From the NCBI GenBank assembly GCA_013265495.1, contig MU058418.1, forward strand, positions 1,016,917 to 1,080,916: 64,000 bases of DNA, in the 5' to 3' direction. The notes under the pieces were generated by a model that saw nothing but the letters and a program-made list of their open reading frames with translations, did not search any database and was not told the DNA's origin. The stretch comes from Vicugna vicugna. Taxonomy: Eukaryota. The position numbers were made by a program, and so were the translations under genes. This document shows positions 11,658 to 25,892 of this stretch, piece after piece. How positions within the stretch are numbered: the stretch's first letter is position 1; every line of letters starts with the position of its first letter.

Positions 11658-14515
11658 GATGCGGAACGCAGCCTTGAGGGATGCTCTGATGTCTTTAGGG
11701 GCCATCAACGATGGTGATTTGGTCACAGCTCTATCACAGAAACACTAAGAGAACTTGCTTTCATTTTGAGCTCTTCCAGTTACCACCAAGGTCAGGCCCA
11801 AGACTGGATTTAATGGCTCTTCGGAGTGTGGGTCACACTGGAGCTTCTTTCCCACCTAGCTGTTCATTGTATTCTCTGGGCACTGGCTCTCCTGGTGGCA
11901 TCCAGGAGGTCAGCAAAAGTGAAACACAAGGTTTGGCCACTTCAAATTCTCTCTAGAATCAACCTAGCTCTCTCCTCTCCTCTCCACCTAAAAGCTAAAT
12001 AGGAAGGGTTGCACATATTTGCCCTACTCCAACATTTTGTGAATGAGAGGTTTCTTTGAATTAGTAAATTTCTCTTTTAAAATGTAAATACCCACTAGTA
12101 GGGTTTAGCTATGTCTGTTGGAGCCTGAGCTCTGTGGACAGTGTCAATAAGTTCCTTAAAGTTTTTGGTGGAGTTTGATGAATGAGGAAAACCAGAAGGG
12201 GACTGGAGGGGAAAGGGAGGGTGATGTTGGCTCTTACAGTGTTTTTGCAGGTTGGCTGCATTTACTGACTTAAAGGCCACAACACCTGTCAAGTGGTCCT
12301 CATCACACAGGTCTCTCTCTCAGAACACCCTCTTCTAGCCTTGGGGTGGCCATGGTTCCCCTAGTACCAGCCTCAGGGAGCTGCACTAGCTTTTGTGGTT
12401 TCTCCACAACTTTCCCTTATCTTTGTAGATAGTCCTTTTGTTAAACTTTTCTCAGATTCTACAATATGAGTGTTTTCTAGTGGAACCCTGATTGATATGA
12501 GTAAGTTTTTGTGTTTGCATGCTTTTCTGAGCATTTCGCCCTTGCCCTTGTCTGGCTGAGATACCATTTGGCTAAGAGAAATATTGGGATTTATTTAAAA
12601 AGGAATGAAAGAAGAAGAGGAGAAGGAAGAGGGGGAGGTGGAGGAGGAAGAGGAGGATTCTGCTTCTGGTCTGAAAAATAGGTTTAAACAACAATATAAT
12701 AACATTACAGTTATTCTGGATTTTCTAAATCCTTTATTCTCTCCTTTTTCAAAGGTGGAAGCTGGAGAAGCAAGTTCACAGAGTTGGGTAGTGTTGAGAA
12801 CACTCTGCTTTGGCCTAGACAATGAGGCCATGAGGCATGCTGCTGCTTGATGGTTGAAGTAAAAGACAAGTTCCTTCCTGCTCTACTTTCTGAGGACAAT
12901 GGAAGGAGGAAAACCAGGGTGAGAGTGAAGCAGAGTGAACCAGGCTCATGTGTGTGTCCCCATTTCCAGATCTTTGACCTGGGGTGGGGGAGAGGCCTGG
13001 AGAAGTGAGGATAACTTCAAGGGAAGGAGGCCCTTTCTATCCCCAGACCATTTGGTGGATTCTGGAAATCACATCTTTATTCATGCATTGCTTTCTACTT
13101 GAATGTTATTTGCACACACACCTTCAGTTCCCTGCTACACTGCAGAACCCAGGGCTGTGCACTGCACTTAGAAGGCAGTCAATGAGGATTTGTTGAATAA
13201 GGAGTAAGATGTGTTACTGCAGAGTATGTGGGGTCAGTTTTGCTGAGCAGATAGGCTCTATTAATCCCTTTGACAGGATCAAGACCAAAGCAATGAGGAG
13301 CTTAGGGACTTTCTCAAGTATACTCAGTAAATTCTGTGGTCACCTCGAATCCTTTTTGGAATTACCGACTCTTGTGTTTTACACAAAGCCCTTCAGCATA
13401 ACCCAACATCTGACATTTGTTCATGGATCTCCTTTTACACTGCACTATCCCAAAGCACCATACCTTACTAAAAAAAATTATCTCACCTGCAAGTGAAACT
13501 CAAGACACTGCTGAAGAAAGAAAATTATAGCAGTCCATTGTATAACACTGCCTCCATGTTTAGAAACATAAGCAGTCAACACTAAAGAGGATAAGGTCAG
13601 CAGCTGCCTTGCCCAAATAGCTGGAAATAGTATCTCTCTTCCAGAGAGCAAGGCAGCAGAGGAGTTAGCATGCCAACTTCACCTCCCACCTGAAAGAATA
13701 CACCTACAATGAGGCATCTTCCCTGAAGCAAAAGGTTCCACAGTGAATTAGGCATTTTTCACAAAATGCTTGTGACAGTAAGTTGGTACACAACTCTTGC
13801 AAAAAACAATTTAGCATCTTGTAGCCCAAGCCAAAGATATTCTGGAGCTCTGGCTCAAAGAAAAACCTAAAACGTAGCAAGAGCTTTCTACATGGAGATG
13901 CTCACTATACTGCTACTTACCATATTTAAAAATTAGAAAAAACAAAAATGTCCAAAAATAGAATGTAGCACAAATACATTTATTTACCCTCCACATTCAT
14001 TGTTATATCTGCAAGATTATGTAGACATATTAGTACATGAAAATGTATATAGAAAAAATAGTGGGACTATGGGAAAGTTATGTTTTCATCTATTTTCCAA
14101 ACTATCAGGTGGTTTTGTTACTTTTAATAGCTTGATGTATTTATATTTATGTTAGTGTTTTATTACTTACATTTATTTTTATAGTTTAAAAATTTATTTA
14201 AAATTTCCAAAGCTGGAGCAACAGCTGATTTAGTCTTGACTATAGGGGATTTACAGGTGCTGGAGAGGCTGTGAAGATACATGCAGACTGGAAGGTAATG
14301 AGGTGCTGCCTTCTTGAGAATTCACAGGTAAATTTAGGTAAATTCTACCTACCCCTGGTGTCTTGTTAATGCCTACAGGAAGAACAAGGGCATGGAAGCT
14401 GAAGAGAGGGCATCTGTGAACCGTGTGAGTGTGAACAGTGAGAGAAACAACAGTGAGAAACAGGAGAGAATATAGAGGTGGGCTGTCCCCTCCCATCACT
14501 TTACATTGGAGGCCC

Positions 14516-14868
14516 AGGCAGGTAAGTGACATCTCCAAGGTCACACAGTTGCTTTGAACCCAGAACTCAGGCTCTTTGCCCAGCTTCCACAACTGAAGTT
14601 TGCAGTCTACATAAAAAACCAATCCCCTGCTTCTCAATATGGAATGTGTCTACTGAGTTAGTGCCTTTATTAGGAGCTTACTTTTCTCCTCACTCCATCT
14701 CACTGAGGAAGAAAGATCTCTGTGGGCTCTCATCTCCCAGTGCTCCTCTCCAGTGCTGCCCCCTCAGCAGTACTGGGTCCCCAAGACTTAATGCACCTGA
14801 GTATTTCAAAGAAGGGAAGAGAGTCTGGCCAGTGAAGTCACATTTCTGCACAAGGAGTAGAGATCAAG
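14516..14868 (+). repeat. Copy 2 of the 353-bp dispersed direct duplication
   Basis: See copy 1. The near-identical ORF translations 11315.. and 14526.. confirm it. Confidence 0.95.
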
Positions 14869-15072
14869 ATTGGAAAACGCACTTTCTTTTTTCAACAGAT
14901 TGTTAGAAATCATGACTGCTCCCTTAAAGAACTGTTTTTTTCTTTGGCCTTTTAAGCAAATTACTGTCCTACGTACAATATGGTTGAATCTTAAAATGTT
15001 ATGTTGAGCAAAAGAATCAGACAAAAAAAGAGCACCTATGGCAGTGGGGATTTGAACCCAAGTCTGGGTGAC

Positions 15073-16510
15073 TTTTTTTAACTGAAGTATAGTCCACTTA
15101 CAATGTTGTGTTAATTTCTGGTGTACAGCATAATGTTTCAGTTATATATATGTATACATACATATATAACTGCTATATATGTGTATATATACATATACAT
15201 TCCTTTTCATATTCTTTTTCATTATAAGCTATTACAATAGGACTTTTTGTTTATCTATTTTATATATAGTAGTTAGTATCTGCAAATCTCGTCCTCCCAA
15301 TTTATCCCTCCATCTCCCGCTTTCCCCCCGGTAACCATAAGTTTGTTTCCTATGTCTGTGAGTCTCTTTCTGTTTTGAAAATAAGTTCATTTGTTTCACT
15401 TTTTAAGATTTCACATGTAAATGATATCATATGGTATTTTTCTTTCTCTTTCTGTTTTACTTCACTTAGTATGACAATCTCCAGTTCCATTCATGTTGCT
15501 GCAAATGGCATTATTTTATTCTCTTTTTATGGCTGAATAGTATTCCATTGTGTGTATAGACATATACATATACCATAACCTCTTTATCCAATCATCTGTC
15601 AATGGACATTTAGGTTGCTTCCATGTTTTGGCTATTGTAAATAATACTTCTATGAACATTGGAGTGCATGTATCTTTTTGAATTAGAGATTCCTCCAGAT
15701 ATATGCCCAAGAGTGGGATTGCTGGATCACAGGGTAAGTCTGCTTTTAGTTTTTTAAGGAATTGCCATACTGTTTTCCATAATGGCTGCACCAAACTACA
15801 TTCTCCAACAGTGTAGGAGGGTTCTCTTTTCTCCACATTCTCTCCAGCATTTATCATTTGTGGGCTTTTAAATTATGGCCATTCTGAATGGTGTGAGGCA
15901 ATACCTCATTATAGCTTTGATTTGCATATCTCTGATAATTAGCAATATTGAACATTTTTTCATGTGCCTATTGGCCATTTGTATGTCTTCATTGGAGGAA
16001 TGTTTGTTTAAGTCTCCTGCCCATTATTTGATTGGGCTTGTTGTTGTTGTTATTGAGTTGTATGAACTGTTTGTATATTCTAGAAATTAAGCCATTGTCA
16101 GTTACATTGTTTGCAAATACTTACATTCCATTCCATTTCCTGTGCAAAAGTTTATAAGGTTAATTAAGTCCCATTTGTTTATTTTTGCTTTCATTTCTGT
16201 TGCCTTTGTAGACTGCCCTAGAGGAACATTGCTAAGATTTATGTCAGAGAATGTTTTGCCCATGTTTTCTCCTAGGAGGTTTATAGTGTCTTGTCTTATA
16301 TTTAAGTCTTTAAACCATTTCGAGTTCATTTTTGTGTATGGTGTGAGGGAGTGTTCTACCTTCATTGGTTTACTAGTGACTGTCCAGCTTTCCCAACACC
16401 ACTTGCCAAAGAGGCTGTTTTTTCTCCATTGTATATTCTTGCCTCCTTTGTTGTTAATTAACTATAGGTGTATGGGTTTATTTCTGGGCTCTCTATTTTG
16501 TTCCATTGAC
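15073..16510 (-). mobile_element. 5'-truncated LINE-1 (ORF2 C-terminal part and 3'UTR) inserted in a MIR-like relic
   Basis: ORFs 15516..15857(-) ([14 protein letters not shown]...PLWKTVW...[10 protein letters not shown]...TCTPMF...WKQPKCP) and 16102..16365(-) are L1 ORF2-like but broken. Poly(T) at the left end; degenerate TSD gggtgacttt/ggattacttt. Confidence 0.95.
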
Positions 16511-18505
16511 GGATTACTTTAAAACTTAGCCTCTTCTACTAGTCCCTGGCCCAGCCTCTTGGTTTCTAGTCTGGGCTCTAGATCTGCTGTTAGGTAAGGC
16601 CTTCAGACAATTCTCTTCCTATGGCTAAAAAATGACTGGCCTGGATTGAATTGCTTCTAAGATTCCTTACAGTTCTAACATCCTTTGATTCCATAAGTCT
16701 AGTTAATTTTCAGAATTTACTTATTTTTGAATAGTTAATAGTCACAAGACATAAAATTCAGAAAATTCCAAAGAGTATGTATAAATGTCACAGAGCAGAA
16801 AAGACTTGATGACTAAATCCAATGTGAAATCCTGGATGGGATCCTAGGGCAGAGAAAGGATATTATAGAAAAGCTGGTGAAAGTCAGTTTAGAGGTTGGC
16901 TAATGTACCAATGCTGGTTTCTTAGTTTTGATAAAAATACCATGAGGGGAAACTAGGTGAGGGGGGTATTTAGGAACTCTTTGTATTATCTTTACAATTT
17001 TTCTGTAAATCTACCAAAATAAAAAGATTTTTTTGAGTACATATACAGTGAAATGTTTTCCTCTCCACCTCTATCCTTGGGCCACCCCATACCCCCAACC
17101 AGGCAACCAGTGTGATTTGTTTTTTATATAATCTTTCAGAGATATTCAGTTCATAATCAGAGGAAATATCTATATTGTACAAATATCACTTCTCAAAACA
17201 GAAAGTCTGTGAGATAAATTCCTAGAAGTAGAATTCCTGGGCATATAGTTCTGATAGTTATAGCCAAATTGTGTTCCATGGAGGGTGTGCCAATTTATCC
17301 TCCCGCCAGACACTGTGTATGAGGACTTGTCATTTCACCAACACAGATTTGTCTAAGAGACCAGTTCACTTCAATTTAAGTCAGACTGTCAACTCCCCAA
17401 ATGCTCATGAACAAACTTGTCTAGAATACCGCCACAGAACGTGGGTCTGTTCTGAAGCACATAGCCGAGGCAAGCAGGGCAGCTGCGGTAGTCAGGTGCA
17501 GCAAGGCTGTGAGGAAGTGATAGCAGATTATTAACATTCCTAACTTCAATCACTACTGTCCTCAGAAGACATTCACAGAAGGCCATTGTCTCTGCTCCAC
17601 AGCAGACAAAGGGTCAAGCCTCACAAATTTGCTCATAGTTGGGGGAAAAACCCCCACAGGCCAAAGTGTTCAGATTACAGGTCCAGGAAAATCCCTTTGC
17701 AGAAAGAAGACAGCAAATCCCCAGTGCAGTTGAAAGGACAAAACTTTCTTCACCTCAGAGGCTCTCCAATGAATAAACCAGTTAAACATGGTTTGGATTT
17801 ACTGAACATGAAAACAACTGGATTAAAGTATAATCTAGCTAGAAAGGAAAAGAAATGTACTAAGAAAGCTAAGTCATGACAATGCAGCAGTGTTAACATA
17901 TGCCAAGCAGGGATGGCCATTCCAGTTTTATAACCAAATTTTTAAAAATATTTAGCTTTCCTTTAGATCAAGATAATGAGTCTCCACTCACATTGGCCTC
18001 TTTGATAACAACATTGGCATCAAGCAACTGTGTGAGCACGAGGGGCAATGATGGCCAGGAGGCCAGAGTCCCTGGCTGTCAGGGTTGATGGTCTAGCCTG
18101 GGCCTTGAACCTGACTGCTTACAGCCTGTTCAATCCATACAGAAGGCAGCATCACACAGGCACAGGCTTTAGAATCAGGAAGACCTGGGTTTGTATCTCA
18201 GTTTGTTTTTACTGGCTCTGTGACCTTTGAGAAAATTATTTACACTCTGTCTCAGCTCTTCTCTTGGTAAAATGAGGTTAATACCCAACCAATAGAGCTG
18301 TTCTGAGAATTAAAGGAACTAATAGATGTGAAAAGCTCAGGCTGAAACCTAAGCCCTCAATTGACGGTGGGTTAGTTGTTTCCCAGTCTCCCTCTCGTGC
18401 ACATATATGGCAACACCAAACACCGAGTGAACCTGCCCCACGCCGTGTAGACTCAGGCACGTCCACATCATGTTCTGTGACAGGAGAGTTCTGAATGTCT
18501 TACAC

Positions 18506-18915
18506 CAGGGGTTCCTAACACTTTTTGTGTGAAAGATCCCTACTCAGATGTTTATAAAAACATAAAACATATAGGAATACAAAGGAAACCAATTTGTTGA
18601 AATACATTTTTTCAAGTACACATTTTTTTAACTTGTAAAAAATATGTGCATTTCTTTAACACATTAAACAAGATCTTGGGGCAGTTCTAAGGACTGCAGT
18701 AATTTTCAGGTAGTCAAAATATTTCAAGATCTGCAACAATAAATTGATATAACCCATTTGTATTTTTAAATTAGTGGTAGTCACAAGTTCTCCTTATACT
18801 ATTACAGTGGTTTGTTCCTGCTTTCATAATGGAAAAAATGCTAAATTTCAGTTTAAGAATACTAAGTATAAAGATGCAATTTTCCCCATCCAAATACAGA
18901 CACCATGTTAAGAAC
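18506..18915. mobile_element. hAT-Charlie-like DNA transposon relic
   Basis: Starts cagggg ttcctaac and ends gttaagaac (TIR-like); AT-rich interior. Confidence 0.45.
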
Positions 18916-18999
18916 TTAGGTATTACAAAATATCACCACCTCTGACGTCAAGATGACTGATAAAAGGTATTTAAAAACTGTCAGACCAGTACTCCTTTA

Positions 19000-20600
19000 T
19001 TTTTACTCTTACCCTGTGGCTTCTTTCAGGATTTTCTGTTGATCTTTGGTTTTCTGCAGTTAGAATATGATATACCTGTGTTGTTTTGTTTTGTTTTGAA
19101 TTTATCCTGGTGTTCTCTCAGCTTCCTGGATCCGTGGTTTGTTGTCTTTAGTTTGGAAAATTCTCAGCCATTAGCACTTGAAATACTTCTTTTGCTCTGT
19201 TCTCTTTCTGATGCAATGATCTCAGTTTTTAGAAGCGCTGCTTTTTTTCTGTTGTTTTCTCTTTGCATTTCAGTTTGGGAAGTTTCTACTGACCTATCTT
19301 CAGATGCACTGATTCTTTCCTAAATTATGTCCAGTCTACTGATAAGCCCATGGAAGGAATTCTTCATTTCTATGACAGTAATTTTGATTTCTAGCATTTT
19401 TTTTATTTTTAAAGTTTTCATTTCTCTATTTACATTACCCTTCTGTTCTTGCATTTTTTTTCCATTAAAACTTCTAACATATTAATCAGTTATTTTAAAT
19501 TCCCTGTTTGAAAATTCCAATGCCTGTCATATTTGACTCTGGTTCTGATGACTGCTTGCTTTCTTCTGTTTTTTCTTGCCTTGTTAATTTTTTGTCAAAA
19601 ACCAGACATGTTGTGCTAGATAATAGAAACTGAGGTAAACAGGCCTTACCTGTGTAAGATTGATGGTAATCTGGCTAGAGAGTGGACTTGTTTAATGTTT
19701 GCTATGATTTTAGGTGCCAGAGGCTTCAAATTCTCTAGTGTCTCTGCTTTTGTCTCTTAACTCTGGGTTTCCCTAGTTTGTCCTCCTCAGAGTCTGTCTT
19801 GCAGCTTTCAGCTGTAATCCACTATTATACTGGAGCCCTGGTGGTGTGGTGGTAAAGTGGGTGGCATGGAGGCATTCTAGTCTCCAGATTAAGTCGCAGT
19901 GTTCAGTGGGCCTGTGACCTTTCCCAGTGGTATAGCTTTCACCTGTGCTCCTTCCTCCCTTCCCTGGCTGCAGCATTCCCAATGTTTCCTTGAAGTCTTG
20001 ACCCCTGTTAACTATGTTTTTTTTTTCCCTTAGGTGATATAGGAAGGCTAGAGGGGCCAGTACAGAAAAATGCCCCTCCCACAATGGGGATAAGGCTCTG
20101 GCAGTCTTATCCTGGAGCACAGTCCTTTGTAATAAAGAAGGTTCTGGTATTTCACACTGATTGTAATTATCTCCTCTCCCTGCCATAGAGGATCTTTCTT
20201 GATCTTCACTGTGGGAATCTGGAGGAGTCTCCGGAGGTAAAGCCCAGGAACATGTGGGGACCTCTCTAAGACTGTGGTCTCCAGGAGTTTCTCACTGTCA
20301 TGCTAGGCCACACTCAACCTCCAGCAATTCATTATCAATATTACCATATATGTGTTCCTACCAGTTTACAGCTCCAGCAATTTTTGCTCTGGGTAAACAG
20401 ATTTTGACAGTGGCTGTCTAGATGAGTTTGTCTCTACAGACTTTGGGGGTGGTGATTTGCTCTGCAACCTCAATTCGCTGATAGTGGGTCCAAGAAGAGT
20501 CAATTGATTTTCAGTTTGTCCAGCTTTTCTATGCTGTGAGGACATGGGTGCCAACTTTCAAGCTCTTTATATGTTGGAGCTGAAACTGAAGTCCTTTTTA
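19000..20600 (-). mobile_element. Old L1 5'/ORF1-region fragment
   Basis: T-rich plus strand with antisense L1 ORF1-type motifs (tttatcctggtgttctctcagcttcctggatc; gtccagtctactgataagccc; tgatttctagcattt). Confidence 0.6.
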
Positions 20601-22639
20601 TTTTGAATGGCTATTCCCTTCCCTCCATTTGAACTCGTGTCCCTTCTTGTCCTCACATTTGTCACGTATCCTGTTTGGCTGTACTATCAGTGAGCCTTTT
20701 CATGATGGAATCCTAACAAGACAGTTTCTTGAAAGAAGGGTCTTTGTTAACCTCTTGTCTATATTAACACTTTGCTCATATAAAATGCTTAGTGTTGCTG
20801 TTTAATTTTACTGAGTCTACTTTCATTTATAGCATTCATTTTAACAGTAAAAAGCATCTGTGGTGAGGTGTTTCCCAGCATCCTCTAAAATTCTTTTTGT
20901 GCTTTTAAATGAGTTTTCCTGGTCTCCAAATCAAGGTCTTATTTTCTTAGCAAGGTTGGAATAAGGCAAACTTCACTTACTGTAAATTAAGATTTACAAA
21001 AGTAAGTTCTCAAGATCTGGTTAAGTCCTGACTTTTTCTCAATTTTTCTGATTTCTTTTTGTAATGAGTTAAGTAGTCAAATTCTAGGAAATCAAAGGGC
21101 CCCCTATCTAAGTGCCCCAAACCTGGCTGTTTCAGAATTATAGGTAAAGGTTTAAAAAAACACAAAAAACAGAAAACCCTGAACTCAGTCTTAGAGAGTA
21201 TTTGTGGTGGTGCCCAGCTAAGTTTAGGAGATTAAGATACTTCTTATCAGCTAGCTCTTTTTATACCACACTTAAAATCAAACTGAAAAACAAAACAAAC
21301 TCAATCCATTAATTCACTCATGTTCAGGCTAGAGGACAATGGAAACATTACTGGAAATTTACCCGTTCATTCAATCAATAAATTCATTTAGCATTAAGTA
21401 AAGATTGGGCAGGTATCAAGTCACAGGCCTGGTACACAAGAAGGAAGTGCACCAAGGCATGACTTTTAGAGTCAGACATCCTTATATTCTAAATCCAGAG
21501 CTATCACATCCTGGGTAATCTTGGGCATGTTACTTAAGCTTGCACAGTCAATCTTCTCATCTGTAAAGAGTATTACTTCATAGGGAAGTTCTGTGACAGA
21601 GATCACAGAGGAACTATCAAGACGACATACTCCATCCACCTAACAGTTTCTAACTTGCTTCCCAGTCCAAACACTTGCACATTGTAAAAATCATAGCTAG
21701 CACTCACGGAGCAGTTAGCCTGTAAACCAGGCAGTATGCTATACTCTGAATCTGTCCATCAGTACCTCATATTTTATCTGTAAAGGCTTAGGGGCCAGCA
21801 GCCGCCTCCTCTCATTGGCTATTTTCACCGAAAACGGGCAAAGCAAGCTGAAGAGGAGTGGCCCTTAACAAGAAGGCTGAGTTGAAAAGACCCAGGATGT
21901 AATAAAAAGGACATGCTCCCCTGTACTGAGCCCAGAGGTCATCATCACTGAGGGTCATGATGGCAGAACTGCCCAGCAGGAAACCAAATACCAGTTAAAC
22001 CTATCTAGGAACTGCCATGGACTTCGTGGTACCATTTGCTGCTGCTCCTACCATATCTGTGATTCCCACTGCCATTGGATAACAATCATTAAGTCTTCAC
22101 ATGTCTCAGGCACTGCTGTTTGGTGGATTTTACATTTAGTCAACAAACTTTAATTTACTAAAGGCTCCACTGTGGTTGATTCTTTACAGCTGGCAGGAGT
22201 TGAGACAAGGCGATTACTTACTGAGATGACATGGAGCCTGTGACTCTTGCTGCATAACTCACTTCCAATTTAACTCCTGTCCTTTTAAGAAGACTCTTAA
22301 GGGCTTTGTGAACCTCCTCCTATATTGCTAGAGTTAATAGCACCTCTATTTTTACTTCGCAGGGTTAAAGGTTTCATTTTAGTACAGACCGTTTTAGGTC
22401 TCAAAGTGACAACACTGAGAAGTACCATCCTACGTTAAGTAAAAACATGTTACCCGGAATAAACAACCTTTTGTCTAACTTAAAATCATCAACTTTTTAA
22501 GAGCATGCCTGCCTTTAGGAAATTGTAGAGGTTAAAGATAAGCAGGCCAGTATAACCTATCCTAAGCCACATTATCCCCTTGTCTACAAATGATCAAAAT
22601 CAAAAGAAATCCACAGTTGAGTGGAAATCTTAGCATTGT

Positions 22640-22825
22640 TCACACTTGTCTGTTGTAGGAGGGTGTCCTGTGTAGCAGTAGGAGGTTTAGCAGCATCTTT
22701 AACCTTCTGCCCATTAGATTCCAGTAGCATTCCCCAGTTGTGACAACTGAAAATGTCTTGCAATATTGTCAAATGTACCCTCCCGGGGGAGGCAAAATCA
22801 TCCCTGCGTTAGAGGAATTACTGAG
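22640..22825 (+). mobile_element. MER20-like hAT DNA transposon fragment
   Basis: tttagcagcatc...cccagttgtgacaactgaaaatgtct...attgtcaaatgt...ggcaaaatcatccc match the MER20 pattern. Confidence 0.75.
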
Positions 22826-23804
22826 TTGAAGCACAGTTACCATTACTCCGCTATGTGTATCAAGAACTGACAGCCTTTGATTTTACCTCTCTAGCTCACT
22901 GAAACACAATTCACAAGTTGTTTAGCTCTGTACCTTCTTAATTTACAGTAATCGAGATGTGCAGTATTACAGAACTGTGACATATTTAAGCAACAAAAGA
23001 GCAGCTCTGACTTCTTCCTATGATTTCCATCTGTTTGGTGGACATCCTAGTTTGGCCAAAGCCTAAATCGGTTTCCTTTCAAGTGGACTGACCTGTCTCT
23101 AGAGGTGATGTGTCTGGAGTGGGAGGGCAAGCTTTTCTTACCTTGGAATTTAACTCTAGGTCACAACGGGGCCACAAACCACCAGAAGTTGTACAGAATC
23201 AAATTAGAGACTACATTCTGGCTGCAAAAGTCTGGCTACAACACAAGTTAGGCAGCAAGGAGTCATGCATTTGCTCGTTGCTTATCAACTATACAAGTCA
23301 GACTAGAACACTGTGCCCTTCTCCCTTAGTTAAAGAGGAGAAAGTGTGCCACTAACCCAAACCAAATTAAAGAGAAAGCATGAATCTGCTGACTAAGAAA
23401 AGGGTTATTACACCCTTGCTAAGTTTGTTTAAACAAGTCACTCAGATGGGCTAGAAAAAAAATCTTCTGATAAATAGGAGGCATGCTATTGACTTATCTT
23501 AAAAGGCTTTTTGAAAAGAATGACTTGAGATTATAAAGCATTTTCCAGATACACAAAGTGCTTCATAACAACTCAGTAAGCTTTAAGGAATGCTTTTTTT
23601 TTTAGTACATCACTTTTTTGTTGTGTAAAAGAAAATACCCCCTCTTTCAAAGGGTAATAGCACATTTGATATCACCACTGTTGAAAGTGGAATGGAGTTA
23701 CAGGAATGAGAAGTATATAATTAGTAAATAATCCCTCTCAACAAATGAGTTAAGTAGGAAAGCCTTCTGAAGGGAGAAAAGAAAAGCCAGAGGTAACACA
23801 ATCA

Positions 23805-24451
23805 GTGCATATCAGAAATGCATTTTTATTTTTATTTGAAAACAACTTAAATTTTTAGACAAATGATTTTAGTATATAAATTTGATTTTGTTTTTATACA
23901 GAATATAAAGATTTCCCTCATTGATCTTCCATGTGAAGGGTATTACAAGCTTGAAGGGAGATACTTTCTGCACACAAGTGTGTATCTTATATGTAAGGTA
24001 CTGGAAACCAATGTGTAGTGCTTCCACACATAAATTAGGTCAAGTGACACCACATACTAAAAAGGGGATAAGAGAAATATTCTAGTTAATCAGATTCAAG
24101 AAGCAAACATGACACAAAAACTGTAGGTAAGACCAAGTCAGGAATTTTACTTAGGACAGTGCAGATTATACTGGAGTAACAGGTTTGTGAAGCTAGAGTG
24201 TATATCACATTAAAACAGCAAGGAAGAGCTCTATATAGAAAGGCTGGAATGAGGGGATTCATCACTAAAGCAAATTAACTTCTTGTCAACTGCCAAAACA
24301 AAACAAAACTGAGCATATGAGGGTTAGTATACTGAAGGCATGTTATACCAGTTTTTGTGCAGCATGCTAAAGTTAGTTAGAACTTCTTCACTGGTGCATA
24401 TGAATCATTAATAGTCACGGAAAGTTTTTTTTGCCCCCTTCTTGCCAGATT
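23805..24451 (-). other. SNX3: SNX3 3'UTR (end approximate)
   Basis: Lies between the TGA stop and tandem AATAAA signals. Confidence 0.8.
23825..23836 (-). terminator. Tandem AATAAA polyadenylation signals of SNX3
   Basis: tttatt at 23825-30 and 23831-36 on the + strand. Confidence 0.75.
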
Positions 24452-24557
24452 TCAGGCATGTCTTATTTTAGATGGAGTATAGCTTTTATCTATAATTTCA
24501 TCCTGTAAAAACATGTGAAGACAACGTTCATTCTGTGCCAGAGGATGACCAGCGACC
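24452..24557 (-). CDS. SNX3: SNX3 exon 4 (last coding exon)
   Basis: Acceptor cctag|. Encodes (K)VAGHPLAQNERCLHMFLQDEIIDKSYTPSKIRHA*. Confidence 0.98.
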
Positions 24558-24995
24558 CTAGGAATCAAAAATACAAATTTAGTCTAGTAGTTTATAAAAA
24601 TGAGGAAGGGGGCCAAACACACATTTTAAGGTTAAGAAGCATAACAATTTAGTAATAGTAAGTGTTATTCTCGACTGCCCATAAAGCTATGGTCTATCAA
24701 CTGACAGTACATTTTCTTTCCTTTGATTCATAAGGATAATTTAGAAAACATTTAACCACCAGCCTTGCACTGCTTCTGGTGTATGTAGCCAATTAGCTTC
24801 TTTACATATTATTATATTCATAGGAAACTTACATAAATTTTAAATGTTACAAGTGAAACAATGCCATTGATTCTAAGAATCCACTTTAAAGAAGGAAAAG
24901 ATATAATCTTCTTGGATTAGAAATATAATGAAGTTCAATAAAAGCCCAAATACTAAGAAAAAGGAACAAATAAATATCCAGGGTTTTTTTTTTTT

Positions 24996-25700
24996 AATTT
25001 TGGTTTGGGTTTTTTTGGCTTGCTTTTTTTTAAAGGTTTCCATCAGACTAAACACTAGATCAGACTGGGCAACAAGATTTCTACTTCAGAATTAAAAAAC
25101 ATCCAAGCTAGCCTTCTCCAAAAGGAAAGTTATATTCATAAGAAGAATGAAGGTTGTGTGCTATAGCAGAAAATTAAAAGTTAAGGGCTTTATATAACTT
25201 TCCCTGTTTTTCACTCATACATCTTCAAATTACTATATAAAAATTAAAGTGTTGCTAATAAGTAAGTTCACACAACCGTATTCTCTAGGATTTGATTTTA
25301 TTTGGTCATATTTAAGACCAATACACAATTATAGTGAGCCCTTTCTTAAATTTTGGTTTGGGTTTTTTTGGCTTGCTTTTTTTTAAAGGTTTCCATCAGA
25401 CTAAACACTAGATCAGACTGGGCAACAAGATTTCTACTTCAGAATTAAAAAACATCCAAGCTAGCCTTCTCCAAAAGGAAAGTTATATTCATAAGAAGAA
25501 TGAAGGTTGTGTGCTATAGCAGAAAATTAAAAGTTAAGGGCTTTATATAACTTTCCCTGTTTTTCACTCATACATCTTCAAATTACTATATAAAAATTAA
25601 AGTGTTGCTAATAAGTAAGTTCACACAACCGTATTCTCTAGGATTTGATTTTATTTGGTCATATTTAAGACCAATACACAATTATAGTGAGCCCTTTCTT
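24996..25700. repeat. Tandem duplication of a 352-bp unit in SNX3 intron 3
   Basis: 24996-25347 matches 25349-25700 (offset 353); even the homopolymer lengths agree where checked. Confidence 0.95.
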
Positions 25701-25892
25701 GGCAAAATTCTTCCTATCACTTTGGCCTTTAAAAAATGGCTATGTTTCAAATAGGAATAAAATTAAAAGCTAGAGTTTGAGTGTATTAAAAGTTTCTAAA
25801 GTAAAAGATAAACACCACCAAGTCTTCTAACATTTTCAAAAGAATACATTTTGCCATGAAAATTTTAAATGTACACCTCTAAGCAAGACATG

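Noticed and set aside
12605..12850. Acidic Glu-rich ORF
   Set aside because: Produced by a purine-rich GAA/GAG low-complexity tract; no splice or homology support.
11305..14868. Paired LTRs of a provirus
   Set aside because: No TG...CA termini, PBS/PPT, TSD or internal retroviral coding remnants seen.
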